Source: Octopus bimaculoides
Taxonomy: Eukaryota
NCBI RefSeq assembly: GCF_001194135.2
Contig: NC_068997.1
Coordinates: 27,557,495 to 27,621,494, forward strand
Length of the DNA: 64,000 nt
Direction of reading: 5' to 3'
The position numbers and the translations under genes are program-made. The notes beneath the pieces are model-generated. The model searched no databases. It saw only the letters and a program-made list of their open reading frames with translations, and had not been told where the DNA came from. This document shows, piece by piece, positions 37,031 to 52,142 of this stretch. The number at the start of each line of letters is the position of its first letter. Within the stretch, counting starts at the first letter, position 1.

Positions 37031-37758
37031 CTAATGAGAGAAAAAAAAAAGGTAAAAAAAAAAATAGTAATTAAAGTGCCAGACTAATAGGAAATACAAG
37101 AAAACATTACAAAATACAAACTTGATGCAAAGGTATAAAGTTCTTGTGTATGATCAATGCTTCTGCAATGTGTATACAGTAAAACTACATGCCTGCTATG
37201 TCTGTTATAGTGGCATAGCTAGGTGCTTAAGTTTGCTTCCCAACCATGTGGTTTGGGGTTTAGTCATACTACACAGTACCTTGGACAAGTATCTTGGTAG
37301 AAGGAAACTGAAAGAAGCCCATCAAGTGTGTGTTCTCTGATCTTGAGAGTCACTGCCATATAAGTTATATCATTTGTTTCCAATCTTCCATGAAACGACG
37401 TCCAGCTATGGTGAGAGTTTATGACAGGCAAAATACTTCACTGTAGAAAATCTGCTTTAGTACACACACATACAATCTTCCCCATGAGCATGGAAGATTG
37501 GACATTGAAATGGTGATTTTATATATATATTTAATAAGTTTAGTGTTCTGTTAAGATCAACAAAAACAATACCGCATCAAGTAAGAGATAAACATCATTT
37601 AATGTACACAATATAAAGATATGAGTTACAAATACTTTCTTGGTTTGGAGATGCAGGTCTACTGCTTGGAGGCACAAGGTATGTTATTAAAACCTACATA
37701 GACCTGCATCTCCAAAGCAAAAAACTTTTTACTGTATACATTAAATGATTTTATAAGT

Positions 37759-37935
37759 AATGTGTATAGAGCCATACCAAATGTCCATTATGTGCACACA
37801 ACCACACCAAATGTCTGCTATGCACACAGCCATACCAAATGTCCACTTTACGTATATATCTGCTATGCATATAGAGCCATACTACAAGCTTGCTATGTGT
37901 ATACAGACATATCAAATAACTGCTATGTGTATAGT
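37759..37935. repeat. Degenerate ~30-bp tandem repeat in intron
   Basis: Recurrent gccataccaaatgtc / tgctatgtgtata units. Confidence 0.6.
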
Positions 37936-38261
37936 CATGCCAGATGCCTTGTGAGTAAAATTTTGAAGGTGGGAACTACCTCAAATCCCAACATATGTGC
38001 GCATGTATACATGTGTACGTTACTAGTTATAAGGTGAACAAAATTGGTTCATCAAACAGAACTACTTTGCAGCATTTAGTTCCGACTCAAAGGAGGACTT
38101 TACGTTACTTTAAGTGCAAGGCAATGTACTGCAGTCATACAAGTGACAGAAAAAAAAAATTTAAGACAGTGCCTTAGTATGGCCCCAATTCAATAATTAA
38201 AACCAGTTAATAAAAAACATTAAAAAAAAGAAAATAAAAAACAAAAGAAAAAAAAACTTAC

Positions 38262-39694
38262 TTTTCTTTAGTTTCAGTACATGAAGATTGTAACTGTCCA
38301 CTGACAGAAGCAACTGGAGTAGAATTTGGTAAGCTTGAAGAAATAGTTCCACTTGGTTTGGGGCTTGCTTTTATAGCAGTAGCAGTATTAGTGGTGGTGG
38401 TGATGATTAACTTGTCGTTTATAATAGATGAGCTGGAAGATGGCACTGTATGTACTGCTGTGCTGCTTGCAACTTTTACAATACTGTTCGACTTAGTACT
38501 ACTACTACTAGCTACATTTACTTGACTGTTCTCAGAAAACTTACTAGCACCAACATTGGTACTTTTATTAGTATCATTATTATTATTATTATTGCTGATC
38601 TTTTTAGTGACATCTAAATCAAGAGTAGAGTTACTAGTGTTCACCTGTGTTTTTGTTTCACTAATCACTTTGTTTGATTCAGGTTTTGATTTTACCAAAT
38701 TCCTCCCATTGTTGGCCTTGCCACTATTTCCATCTGATGCTAATGTCTTGCTTTTAGAGTTGGTAAAAGTCACATTATTTTTAATATTAACATTATTAAT
38801 AGTTGTAGTAGTAGTTGTGGTTGTAGCTGTTGTAGTAGTAGTAGTTGCTGTAGTAGTTGTAGCAGATGAAGCACTAGTAGTAGTAGTAGTAGTATTAGAA
38901 TTCGCTTTGACATTCTGCTTGCTAGAACCTGCAATCTTGGGATTCACTATATTAGAAACACTGGACATAATTAACTGATTAGCCTTAGTTCCAGGACATG
39001 TTGGTCGCATCAAAGGAGTACCACTTGGTCGCACAAGTATTCCACCAACTGATCGGGGGGTGTTGAATCTGTTCACCATACCCATCTGTCTGGCATTCCT
39101 CACGTTGGCCATTGGAACATTTGGTCTACCATATAAATTGCCTTGTACACAAACACCTGGTCGAGGTGTATTGAAGTTGGAGCCAGGATTTCGAACCCTT
39201 GGTGGAGTAGAACCAGGAAATATATTCCCAGGGTTCGGAACAACTGGTCTCATGTTTGAAAAAGCTGAATTACGTCTCATAGTTTTTGAATTATCATTAG
39301 GTCTTAAAGGTGGAGGAACAATAGGAGCTGGTCTTGTGAGAATCTTTCCCTTGGTAATACAACTAGTATTAACTAGTTGGACGTTTCCTCTTCCAACAAA
39401 GCTTCCATCCTTTCTTCCTGAGGCAGCTGTTATTGTACAACTAGTAGTAACTGGCACGGCAGTACTTCCAGCTTTTTTGCAGTTTGTCTTGACAGCAGAA
39501 CAGCTGCTAGCTGCACTTCCTTCTAAGTCACTTGTTCGGCAAGGCCCATCGTTTTTCTTTGCTGCAGTTTCAACAGATTGAGCCACTGTAGTTTTTGGGG
39601 CAACAGCATTAAGTTTGCCATCACTTTTGTTATTGCTGCTGGCAACATTCACACTGGTACACTGAAGAATAGTTCCTTGGTTACCAACAATTTT
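38262..39694 (-). CDS. Low-complexity (T/S/N/P-rich) 1433-bp coding exon spliced in frame to the GPATCH8-like exon
   Basis: CTTTTCTCTTCAG acceptor, ORF open across the whole exon, and a GTAAGT donor in phase 2 (AA) that completes an AAG codon with the first G at 37030. Confidence 0.85.
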
Positions 39695-41348
39695 CTGAAG
39701 AGAAAAGAAGGTAATACAAATATTAAGAATATGTTGAAATAATTTTTGTTGTTTTTTTTTAAAACAAGGTTAATTAAAAATTTTGTAGCAAACAAATTCA
39801 TAAAAACATACGAAGAGTTTAAAAAGAAACAACCCCCTCCCGCCAAATAACATAAATCATGAAAAGCACATTGTAGGGGTTTTAGTAAATACAAATAAAT
39901 GCTAGTTTAATGTTTTTCTTTTTGAAATATATGCACAAAAATATATACCAACGAAAATATAGTGGGATGGAAAAAAAAACATCACCCAGCCAAGAAATAT
40001 GAATTAATTAGTCATTACTGAATACAGTATATCCCTCAATGACACATCGTTGATAGTTTATGATATTTCAGTATAATTCTTTTAGAGAACAAAATCAGAA
40101 AATAAAATGAGAGGATTAAATCTACAATAAGTTGTAAAAAAAAAAAAAAAATTGTTCTTAAAAAATCTTAATGACAATTCATCCTATTTCTAGATTAACC
40201 TCACCTCCTTTACACCCCCACCCAAATTTTTGTACCATTAATGCATATTTAAACAGGTTTCCACAGAAAATCATGTCAGTCTAAAAGTTACCAAAATTTG
40301 GTGCTATTTTTTTGGAGAACACTCAAAGATGAATTGTTTTATATATATATAAAGACAAGAAAACAAATTTTGCCATAGAATTAAATATAGTTCTGTCATT
40401 ACTTTTGATGAAATGTCATTCTTGCCCTTCCCCATTTAAAATTTACTACTGTTCTACAATAATTCTATAAATTTTATTATACTAAAACTTTTCTTTGCAC
40501 AATTGTCATGTAGGGATATATGCTGAGATTGGAAGGGGATAACCTGAGCAAGATCACACACAAACATACACTTTTGTGTGTATATGGATGTATGTGTAAA
40601 CATTTTTAACATTAAATAATGCGACAAAATAATTTGACACAAACCGACTTCTAAAATGCTTTATTTCTTTAATGATACTATGAAGGAGTGAAAGAAAAAA
40701 AAAAAAAGAAAACCAAAAACAGAAAGAAACATGCAAACTTATTTATTTATTTATGGAGACGAATGTGTATGTGTATGAATGTGTGTGTGTGTGTGTGTGT
40801 GTGTGTCTGAGTGTGTGCTGGTGGCATATAGATTCTTTGGGGTCTTTTTACANNNNNNNNNNNNNNNNNNNNNNNNNNNNNNNNNNNNNNNNNNNNNNNN
40901 NNNNNNNNNNNNNNNNNNNNNNNNNNNNNNNNNNNNNNNNNNNNNNNNNNNNNNNNNNNNNNNNNNNNNNNNNNNNNNNNNNNNNNNNNNNNNNNNNNNN
41001 NNNNNNNNNNNNNNNNNNNNNNNNNNNNNNNNNNNNNNNNNNNNNNNNNNNNNNNNNNNNNNNNNNNNNNNNNNNNNNNNNNNNNNNNNNNNNNNNNNNN
41101 NNNNNNNNNNNNNNNNNNNNNNNNNNNNNNNNNNNNNNNNNNNNNNNNNNNNNNNNNNNNNNNNNNNNNNNNNNNNNNNNNNNNNNNNNNNNNNNNNNNN
41201 NNNNNNNNNNNNNNNNNNNNNNNNNNNNNNNNNNNNNNNNNNNNNNNNNNNNNNNNNNNNNNNNNNNNNNNNNNNNNNNNNNNNNNNNNNNNNNNNNNNN
41301 NNNNNNNNNNNNNNNNNNNNNNNNNNNNNNNNNNNNNNNNNNNNNNNN

Positions 41349-41387
<39 letters not shown>

Positions 41388-42077
41388 ATATGTATGTATA
41401 TATATATAATCAGGTCAAACAGTGATTAGTAAAATAATTAGATAAGCCCAAATGTCTATGTGATAAAAAAAAATACAGCAAGCAAATCTACAAAATGTCA
41501 GCTATGTCATATATATATGATAGGTATATATATCATATATACATATCATATACAGGAAGATGAAAGGTGAGTGTGTAATGTTAAAAGAGAGAGATGGAAT
41601 GGAAAGGGCTAAAAATACAAGTGCTCAGATGGACCGATCGCAATCAAAGTTCCCAACTTTTGAAGCAGAAAGAAGATTAAAAGAATACTGGTGGAGGATT
41701 AAAACAAAACAAAACGTTAAAGAAAAAGAACAAAAAAAAAAAAACAAATGAACAAACAAAAAGCTGCCTGACAATAAGAGGATTAAATCATTATTCATGC
41801 AATAAAAGAGGTAGTGGTGGTAGTGATGGGTGAGAAACAGTTAGGTGAAACAAGCTTTCCAGCAGAAATGTAGACTTTGAACCACTAAAACAGCAAAGTA
41901 GCATCTAATACAGTTGAATAATACAGTTGAAATATAGAAAACATTTTATAACTGGAAAATATGACAAGACTGAGATTTGTTGTTCCTATGAGAGTTTTGG
42001 TAATTGGTTTATTGTATCTGATATTTAAAGTAAAATATACTTTCACATGTAATAATAATAATAATAATTTCAAATTT

Positions 42078-42660
42078 TGGCACAATGCCAATAGCTTTAA
42101 GGGAAAGGGGTTAGTAGATGCCATCAACCCCCCAGTGCTCAACTGGCACTTATTTTATTGACCCTGAAAGGATGAAAGACAAAGATGAACCAACAGAATT
42201 TGAACAAGAAAAACTGTAGAACATTTTGTCAGATTCTGCCAGTTTGTTGAATAATAATGATGGTTTAAAATTTTGGCATAAGATCAGCAATTTTAGGGGG
42301 AAGAGGTTACGTTGATTACATTAACTCCATTGTTTGGCACTTTAATTTATCAACCCCAAAAGAATGAACGGTGAAGTCAATATCAGCAAGACTTGAACTG
42401 GAAAAAATGCTGCTAAGCATTTTGTCTAACATACTAATGATTCTGCCAATCTGTCGCCCAAATAATAATAGCTTCTGACTTAAGCACAAGGCAAACAAAT
42501 TTGAGGGAGTAGTTGATACCACTGACCAAAGTACTTCATTAACCCTGAAATGCAAAACTGACCCTGGCAATATTTGAATTCAGAATGAAAAAAAAAAACA
42601 GAACAAATGCCACTCAGGATTTTGCCCAACATTCTAACAATTTTCCCAATCGACTAATCT
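42078..42660 (-). mobile_element. Three tandem degenerate family A SINEs
   Basis: The pattern ...gaaatgcaaa/aggatgaaagacaaag...gaattcagaat recurs three times in the same orientation. Confidence 0.7.
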
Positions 42661-43760
42661 TGGAAATAATAATTTTTTTTACATAAGGTATATGTATGGA
42701 ATAACTGAAGTTTTACAAAGAGAATATAAGTCATCTAGCTTATTTTTCTTTGAACTGTCATGTCCCTAAGAAGGCACCATCATCTGCAACAGCAATCAAA
42801 AAAAAAAAAAAAATATACTGAAAATTGTTCCTTTGGTGATCCAAAAGTTTTGAAGGAGTTTCAATTTAATCTTTTTTATTTTATATTCTCCATCTTAATA
42901 TTTCAAATGGCAAAACTTGAGATGCTTCCATTAACAGAATGATGGGGAAATCAAATTATATACTTAAATATAGATTATGGTTTAAATTATGTTTATGCGC
43001 AGTTGAGCTCAAATATAAATTCTGGAACTGAAAATTGATCTCCAGTCAAAATTCAATTAAAAAGATATAAAAAAGAAACTGATAAATTTATAAAAATAAA
43101 AGGAAAATATGTTTTATACAATGAATTTTGATTCAAATTTACATATTACACCCCACTGCCCACTAACGTCCTCATTTTAAGATACAGAAACATCTCAGTT
43201 TTTTCCATCTGAAACTTTCAACAAAATCATCTTCCCCAATGCTGGTTCGGATAAGAACAACAGAATGGGAGGAATAAAATAAAATAAAAATAAATAAAAA
43301 AAAAGCAGATATGATACATTGACTTAATCAAAATAGTATTTTCTTATACAAATGACATTGTTAGCAGGAACCCCATGTCAATTGAATATCAATGACACAG
43401 AGTAGAAATTAACAATGTTAGGTACCTTGTGAAGAAAAGCATATTTAATAAAGAAGAGCAAGTCTTAGCTTTTTTTTTTTAATATTTTCCTTTCCTTGGT
43501 ACACCATCAAATAAAAATTTCTCCTGCCAACAACAGTCACCACCACCTACAAGTTTTGACAGTCAGAGGCAGCAACATATAGAAATCAGAGAAACAAAAC
43601 TGATTTCCATTCATCTTACACTGTCTTTGTGAATTAATTGGATTGTTCTAGACATCCCTACATCATCATACCCCCTTATATGAAAGGCCATTAAAAAAAA
43701 TCAACAGAACTAAAAATGCGACAAGAGAAATTTCTTAAGATTATTATTATCATCATCATG

Positions 43761-43980
43761 AAGGCGGTGAGCTGGCAGAATCATTATGCACACTAGGCAA
43801 AATACTTAGCGGCATTTTGTTTGTGTTTATGCTCCGAGTTCAAGTTCCACCACGGTCGACTTTGCCTTTCATCCTTTCGGGGTTGATGAAATAAGTACCA
43901 CTTACGCACTGGGGTTAATGTAATTGACTAGCCCCCATGTCCCAAAATTTCAAGCCTTGTGCCTTTAGTAGAAAGGATTA
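43761..43980 (+). mobile_element. SINE family A, full length with (TAT)n tail
   Basis: aaggcggtgagctggcagaatc...gtcgactttgcctttcatcctttcggggttgatgaaataagtacc...gtagaaaggattattatt. Confidence 0.9.
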
Positions 43981-46900
43981 TTATTATTATTATTATTATT
44001 ATTATTTATTGCTTCTTTTCAATTTTAAATATCTAGTGTGTGCGCGTGTGTGCTAACATGGAGAAACATGGTACTTGTTGAAGTAGGCCTTTCCTGGTAC
44101 TGCCTGCACAACAGTAAGATGCAACTGGAATCAGCTGCTGTCATGTCCAGAGTTACAATATAAAAGGTTGTAGTAAAGTTTCTTCCCTCATATTATTTCA
44201 TTTGCTTTCACCTTCACAACTTCAGCAGATGAAGAGATGAAACATTTCATCTTAATCAAATTAAACTTTGTTCTCAAAGAAATTTAGTAGCAAAAATTAC
44301 AGTTGTATTAAATTTTCATATAGCTTGTCCTTTATAATTTACACATACATGCTTTTAAAAGCAAAATTTGGCAAAATAATAATTAAAAAAAAAAAAGAAA
44401 TAAAAAGGTAAAATGTATGAAAATTGATGGTAAAAATCTACAAGAAATTATTGTAGAAAATCTGCTCATTACATATTGACAATATATGGAAGCATGAAAG
44501 AGAAGAAATGAATTAATTCTTTTTAAAAATTTTACTCAAGTCATATGGTAGCTTTGAATACAAGTTGCGTAAAGTTTGCTTTATGTTGAATCAAGTGATA
44601 AGTTTTGCACCTCAATTTCATGAAATTAGATGAAATAGTGAACACACCATGGAAGCACTAATGCAGTTTTTAATTAATTTTTTTTTTTTTTTGTAATACA
44701 CAGGGAGAGAAAAAAAAGAAACAAAAAACACTAACGAATATAATAAATGCATAGTTTCTATACTAAATCAGGGTTATAATTTGACAATAATAGAGGGTCT
44801 AAAATCTAGCTCATGCTTGTATTAAGGCAGTATATATATATATATATGTATATATACATTAGGTGGGAAGAAAGAGAAACAGTTTTCTCAACAGCAATAG
44901 CAAACTATGCCTTAAGTGAGTGTTATAGGGAACAGAATTCACAAGACAATATGGCTTACTTTACAACTGCAGTAGATAGCTATCTAGTGGTTTACCACAG
45001 ACACCTGTCTAAAAGAGGAGAGGAAGCACTGGTTAAAGAAGAATCAATTGCCTACATTGCTCTAAACAATACTATACACATTCAGCTATAATACTCTGCT
45101 AGTCCAACTATATTGCATTTTGGAAACAAATATAGGAACTGGGCAGGAAAAAAAAAAAAATCAATGTTTAAGATGAATTACTATAGAAAGTGCAGCAAAA
45201 TGAATAGCATACACACACTTACATTATTTTTCGTCCATCCACACAAGTACACTTACATTATTTTTCATCCATCAACACACATGTACACACACATGAAATT
45301 TTAATCTGTCACAAAAAGGTCTTTTAATGAAACAATAAACCTTATAATGTAATCATGAAAAGATTAAAAAAACAAAACAAAAACAAAAACAAAACAACTA
45401 AATCGAAAGAATCATGCAATCATATGTATTACAATGTATAAAGAAAATCTATACACACATGCAAGAATGTGGCAATAACAATAGTAAAGAGGTAAAAATA
45501 GACATTGAAATATATCTGGAAACTTTTTTTAATACTTTTAAATACATGCTAACACTTGTAGAAATTAAAATCATTGTTTACAGTTTATAAAACAAAAAAC
45601 TGAGTAGTAACAGAAATAGACATGAAAATTTTATAATAATGCCTAGATTAAGTTTGCTTTTGTGGTATTTGATTTTATCATTACAAACCCCAGTACTGCT
45701 AGTATAAGGCACCCCAACATTTAACATACGCTTTTAATGTCATAAAGAAAGCCACCTCAAGCTTTATCTGTCATTCTAAATCAGAAATGATTTAAGTGGG
45801 TTTCTTTGATACCAATGTGTCTGAGGCTGCCTCTGGTTCCAAGATACAAATTTCCTGTTTTATAGTCATCTTCCAAAAAATTAAAATCTTCCAACAAATT
45901 TCAAGTCAGTTTTGTTCCAAATACCAGCTTAATAACGACAAAATTATTTTACGAATTTCTTGATTATTTTCACAATTAATTGAAACAAAAGCAATATTTT
46001 TTCAAAAGGGTTGGTACATTAATTATCTATAGCTTAAAAAGGAAATACATGCTCAAAACTTATTTCAGAAAACAAGTAGAAAATATACTCACACACACAT
46101 ACATAATACACACACACACACACATAGTGTAGGCTTTGATAGGATAGAAAATTAGAGTGTTTCCAAAGCAGCACTCAACCTGAATTCCTAGCCATCTACA
46201 CCCTTGAATTGGAACCTTGAGAAAAAGATTGTCCACTGGTGCAGAGACTCCAGGTACATCACTGGTAAAAGCAGCGTGCAAGCCTTACAAAAAGTAACAT
46301 ATAACATTTAGCACAACTATATCATTAGCTAGAATTGTTTCTGCACCACTATTTCTAATGCCGCTGCATGTAAATGATTTCTCTGTGAAAAGTTATGCAA
46401 TATTAGTGGTTGATTATAATGAAGTGACACTTCATCAGATTAGCATCAAGTCATGTATGTTTACATAGTGTAATGCACATGCATTTTATGTTGTCTAAAA
46501 AATTTTTTCATTGAAATTAGATCCAAATCAGAAATCCATGAAAGAAGGAAGGAAAATGCTAAGAAATGTGAAAATATGGTTAAAAATACTAAAATGAGAT
46601 TCAGACTAAATAATGATACATCTAAAACCTAACAAAAATGCATTGGGGAACCATCAGATGGTGAAAATTAAGTTTTTATATTGAAGCATAACTTTTTTTC
46701 TTTTTCTTTTAAATCTCATTAATCTTAATGTCTGCAACTCCAGTTATACAAACTTAGTGGTTCACAAACACAGAAATTAAGCCTTTTTTTTTTTTTTTTT
46801 TTTTTTTNNNNNNNNNNNNNNNNNNNNNNNNNNNNNNNNNNNNNNNNNNNNNNNNNNNNNNNNNNNNNNNNNNNNNNNNNNNNNNNNNNNNNNNNNNNNN

Positions 46901-48530
46901 NNNNNNNNNNNNNNNNNNNNNNNNNNNNNNNNNNNNNNNNNNNNNNNNNNNNNNNNNNNNNNNNNNNNNNNNNNNNNNNNNNNNNNNNNNNNNNNNNNNN
47001 NNNNNNNNNNNNNNNNNNNNNNNNNNNNNNNNNNNNNNNNNNNNNNNNNNNNNNNNNNNNNNNNNNNNNNNNNNNNNNNNNNNNNNNNNNNNNNNNNNNN
47101 NNNNNNNNNNNNNNNNNNNNNNNNNNNNNNNNNNNNNNNNNNNNNNNNNNNNNNNNNNNNNNNNNNNNNNNNNNNNNNNNNNNNNNNNNNNNNNNNNNNN
47201 NNNNNNNNNNNNNNNNNNNNNNNNNNNNNNNNNNNNNNNNNNNNNNNNNNNNNNNNNNNNNNNNNNNNNNNNNNNNNNNNNNNNNNNNNNNNNNNNNNNN
47301 NNNNNNNNNNNNNNNNNNNNNNNNNNNNNNNNNNNNNNNNNNNNNNNNNNNNNNNNNNNNNNNNNNNNNNNNNNNNNNNNNNNNNNNNNNNNNNNNNNNN
47401 NNNNNNNNNNNNNNNNNNNNNNNNNNNNNNNNNNNNNNNNNNNNNNNNNNNNNNNNNNNNNNNNNNNNNNNNNNTATATTTATTCAATATTTACACCACT
47501 CTTTAGTCTTTTCTCATTTTTCGACATCTATATTAACGTCTATTAATGAGGAGTGACACTTAGAAACAGCAAGTTCCAGTTAAGAGGTTTTGTTCTCTCT
47601 CCCCTTTTATACAATTCAATACCACTATCATATAATCGAAATGTTCCTACTGCCAACATTGGATAGATCGCAGAAAACTCGAAAAACTCAGTGGAAAGTT
47701 GCATTAAGATTGCTGAGTTTTACTTGAGATAAACTTTCTACAAGAGTACTTGGTGCTCATATTTTGAATTCTGAACTGGTCCACAGAAACCAGCACCACT
47801 TAAAACCTACCACTAAATGAGTAAAGATAAACTGTTAAAAGACAACTTTATAGCCAATGACCAATTGGTGAATCAAGCCACCTGAATTTCAAATGAAAGC
47901 CAATCACTTATTTTATATTTGTCTCAGTCTATCTTTCAATAGAGCTGCACTTTGATGGAACTCTTTCTACATCAAGGTTTTCTTCAAACAGTGAAATAAT
48001 TATCTTAAATTATGGAGAGTGGATAAAGAACATATATACTAGCAATTTTCATAATAAAAGAAAAACTAAGAACAAAAACAAGAAAAATTGACCCTACTTT
48101 TATTATTTCTTTTTTGTAGGTCAACCATGATTGTAGGGGAAATATTTTATAGAAAAAGATATCTAGCTTTTTAATTTTAAATGTAGAATTTCTAATACCT
48201 ATAACAAGTAATTCCCAAAGCTACATCTATATTTTGATAATGAAACAACTGTTACAATAACAAAATATAAAATATCTCTAAAACTTTCATATGAAACTAA
48301 ACAGAAATGACTTGGTATTACATTAGAAAGTGAGACCAGCTTTTTTTTTTGCATTGGGTCTTTAAATTGAAGGAAGAAATATGGAAAGAAAATGCCTACA
48401 TTTAAGATGTACATAATTGACAACAATAATAAAATTGAAAAAAAAAAAACAATAACAAAACAAAACAGGACATTACAAGTCAAAAGTGCAACAAACATTA
48501 AGCACAATATATGTGTGTGTGTATGTATGA

Positions 48531-48564
<34 letters not shown>

Positions 48565-48891
48565 ATATATATATATNNNNNNNNNNNNNNNNNNNNNNNN
48601 NNNNNNNNNNNNNNNNNNNNNNNNNNNNNNNNNNNNNNNNNNNNNNNNNNNNNNNNNNNNNNNNNNNNNNNNNNNNNNNNNNNNNNNNNNNNNNNNNNNN
48701 NNNNNNNNNNNNNNNNNNNNNNNNNNNNNNNNNNNNNNNNNNNNNNNNNNNNNNNNNNNNNNNNNNNNNNNNNNNNNNNNNNNNNNNNNNNNNNNNNNNN
48801 NNNNNNNNNNNNNNNNNNNNNNNNNNNNNNNNNNNNNNNNNNNNNNNNNNNNNNNNNNNNNNNNNNNNNATATATTTATATATATATATTC

Positions 48892-48950
<59 letters not shown>

Positions 48951-49283
48951 CATACATACATAGAGACAGAGAGACAGAGAGAGAAAGAGAGCAGTCACTG
49001 TCAGCAGTGACAGTAAATAGCTATTACTGGCTGTTATTATTGCTCCTAATCTGAGATTCAGTAATAAGGATTAAACCAAGTAATAATAAAAATCCCGACT
49101 CCAAATTGAATAATTTGAAACTGCATATCACAACACAGGCACAGGAAAAGGATGCAAAGAAATTGCTGCGGAAGATAAAATGCAACAAGGAACAACCACT
49201 TGCAAGGTTGAAAGAGATGGTTCCAGAACTATCTGGATTGCATGTATAACATAACATAGAGGGTGAGTAAGCAGTAGTGATAA

Positions 49284-49330
<47 letters not shown>

Positions 49331-49336
49331 CACACG

Positions 49337-49422
<86 letters not shown>

Positions 49423-52142
49423 TCATATAAAAAGGAGGCAAATGGAAGCAACCTGGAGATGAGATGGCACATTGTTCTAAGCAAGTCAATGATATATGCA
49501 ATGGCCCAAGAAAAGGGAGAGAAGTCAGAATAGCTAAAGCAGACTGATCATAAATTTGGATCATGGCTTACCTAGTCATAACTAGGTGGAAAGCAACAAA
49601 GCAACCACCCAATGAAAATCTCTACAAGAATATTGTAAATGGACAAAATTATAGAGTATGAGCATATTTACTTAAATCCAATAGAAAGAAAAGAAAAAAT
49701 TATTTATAAATAGACAAGCTATAAATAATTACTAATATATAGATGAATATTGAAATTATACAAAATACTGAAATAGCTTTCAGAATATTCATTTATCACA
49801 TTTTACTTCTTTTTCTTAAGAACTAAATTTATACAAAATATATTTCAGGATGAATAATTAGAGCTGAACTAGCTAATTAATTATCATTTTGAAGTAGTCA
49901 ACAATTATTAAAATGATCAAAAGGATCCTATTTAAAATTCAATTAGCAGATTTGTAGCGAATTACTTTTTTTTAATGAAAATATATGAACTAATATTTCA
50001 AATTCAAATTATTTGAATGGTAAATGAAAGAATTATTTTTATATAAAAAAGGTGATCAAAATTTAACATCTTAACAGCCTCCATGAAAACATTAAAAAAA
50101 AACTAAATCATCTTTAAAACAAAAGGAAACAAAAACAATAAAACCTATACGTGTGTGTGTGTGTGTACATTATATATCTACATATACATATATATCTATA
50201 TATATATATATACACACACACACATTTTGAATTTTCACAACTAGAAATAGCAAGGATGATTGAAAAGAAATATAGTTTGCATAATAAATAAAATGTTAAA
50301 ACAATTACATGATGAGTAAGGTGAAATTATCATTTAAAATGGAAAAGATAATAAATTGGTTTTGTCTTGAGAAGAATGAATACTTAAATATTAATACGTC
50401 TATAAAATAATAAATAAAAGGGTGCTTAGTAGCACTTTATTGTGAGGAAAAAAAAAAGTCACTAGAAAATGGTTTCATCATACCATAACTGCACTCATAA
50501 TTGAAAATAGAAATGAAAGAAACAGGCGATATTCCTAACATGTACATACACAGCAGTGCATACATACAAACATTTTGACAACAATGTTAACCAAAATTAG
50601 GTGTAACAAACTTCAATTTCGTTTTTTTTTTTTTTGTCCATTGTTTCTAAATGAGTGATGAGCTAGAGCAAAGTGAAATCAGTATTGCTTTAGCTCACTT
50701 CTAATATATTTAGCTTGGATATTAGGTAGTAAATACAGATAGACCAAACAGCATACTTATGTTATATATAGCAAATAGAAATAACAAACATAAAAATGAC
50801 CATGCAATAAACTATTTGGGCTTGACTCAAACTAATAATGAACACCGATCAGAGTGGCTTTTATAAGTACAACAAACATGAAATACAAGAAGTGGTATCA
50901 ATGCATTCTCTCTTATGTACAATAACAATTACATTACATATATCAAACTGTGCACACATTATATATACATGTGTGTATGTATGTATATATAAATATATGT
51001 ACATATAAACTTTTTAAAAGTTTAATAGATGGAGAAGTATATTTTTCTGTTGATCTTAATACATTTAGCCCACCCCACTTTAATTGCAGTAATATTCAAT
51101 AGAGCTTTTAGTCAAAGGCAAGTATTTGAAGGGCACACACTACCTTATAGCTGAATGTGGAGATATGTATGTGAAAACGGATTGACTAGGTATACATAGA
51201 CATGAACTGTTGATTCATTCTTTGCATTCAACCCTGAAGTAGGCATGTTAATTTCACTACTGTACATTGTTTTAGCAACTGCACTTTATTATATTCACTG
51301 AAAGGGAGACTATGTGGACACTTGGTCTGTTACAAATAGCAGCCAAATCTCCAACTCACACCCTACCATCTTCATGAAGGGAAAGACACACTGGAAAATG
51401 TCTTTCTAGATACCCTTAAAAAGTGAACATGTTTAACTGAATAATTCGCATAGTATGTAATAAAACTCCATAGATTCATAGATTATCATCAATTTAATAC
51501 TATCAACATCTAATTCTAACAAAATATCACACACACACAAGAGAACAGAATGAACTGCTCTTCAACAAGACTCAATATAAACAGCTGGCTATATACTTCA
51601 TTTACTAAACCAATGTTTTCCTATCATCTGAGATGAGATCTCAAAACCTGTTTATAGCAATGGTAAGATTGGATTTGGAATTATTAGAATTCCAAGCCTA
51701 AACACTTTACTTATGAACCATAGTTATTAAGAATCAACATTTTTCTGCACTATTTAAATAATGAAAGGTTAACTAAATCTTGACAGGTTATCTATAATAA
51801 TATTTAAATATTTAATTAACATTTTTAATCAAGTGACATCAAATTTTACAACGGTATCCGCAAGTTAATAATAAAAAGCTCAGTAAACTAAACTATGAAG
51901 AGAATTATAAAAGAAATAAAAATAAAGAAACAGGCTTTTGAAATGAAAAAGATTCAAAGAACATTTAAAAAATATCGGCCTATGAAGCTATCATTAAGAA
52001 CCTTAACCTTCATAATCAGAATGAGTAGAAGACAGCAACTATTTAGAATGTCATCAATCATAGAAACTGTTAGGTTGTTGGGGGCTTTTATACAGAAATA
52101 TATTGATAAACACTAATATAAAAAATGAAATTAAAATACTAA

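Noticed and set aside
34356-39581. Overlapping alternative-frame and antisense ORFs (34356-35456, 35363-35926, 36701-37087, 38556-38978, 39060-39581)
   Set aside because: Shadows of the biased-composition GPATCH8-like exons, with no independent motifs or splice signals.
46150-46262. Exon-like stretch on the minus strand (TTTTACCAG...CAG/GTTGAG)
   Set aside because: Weak donor, and no translation resembles GPATCH8 or another recognisable protein.
49055-49249. Plus-strand open frame containing LARLKEMVPEL, reminiscent of bHLH helix 1
   Set aside because: No start codon or acceptor, no basic region or helix 2, and it stops immediately after. Probably chance.
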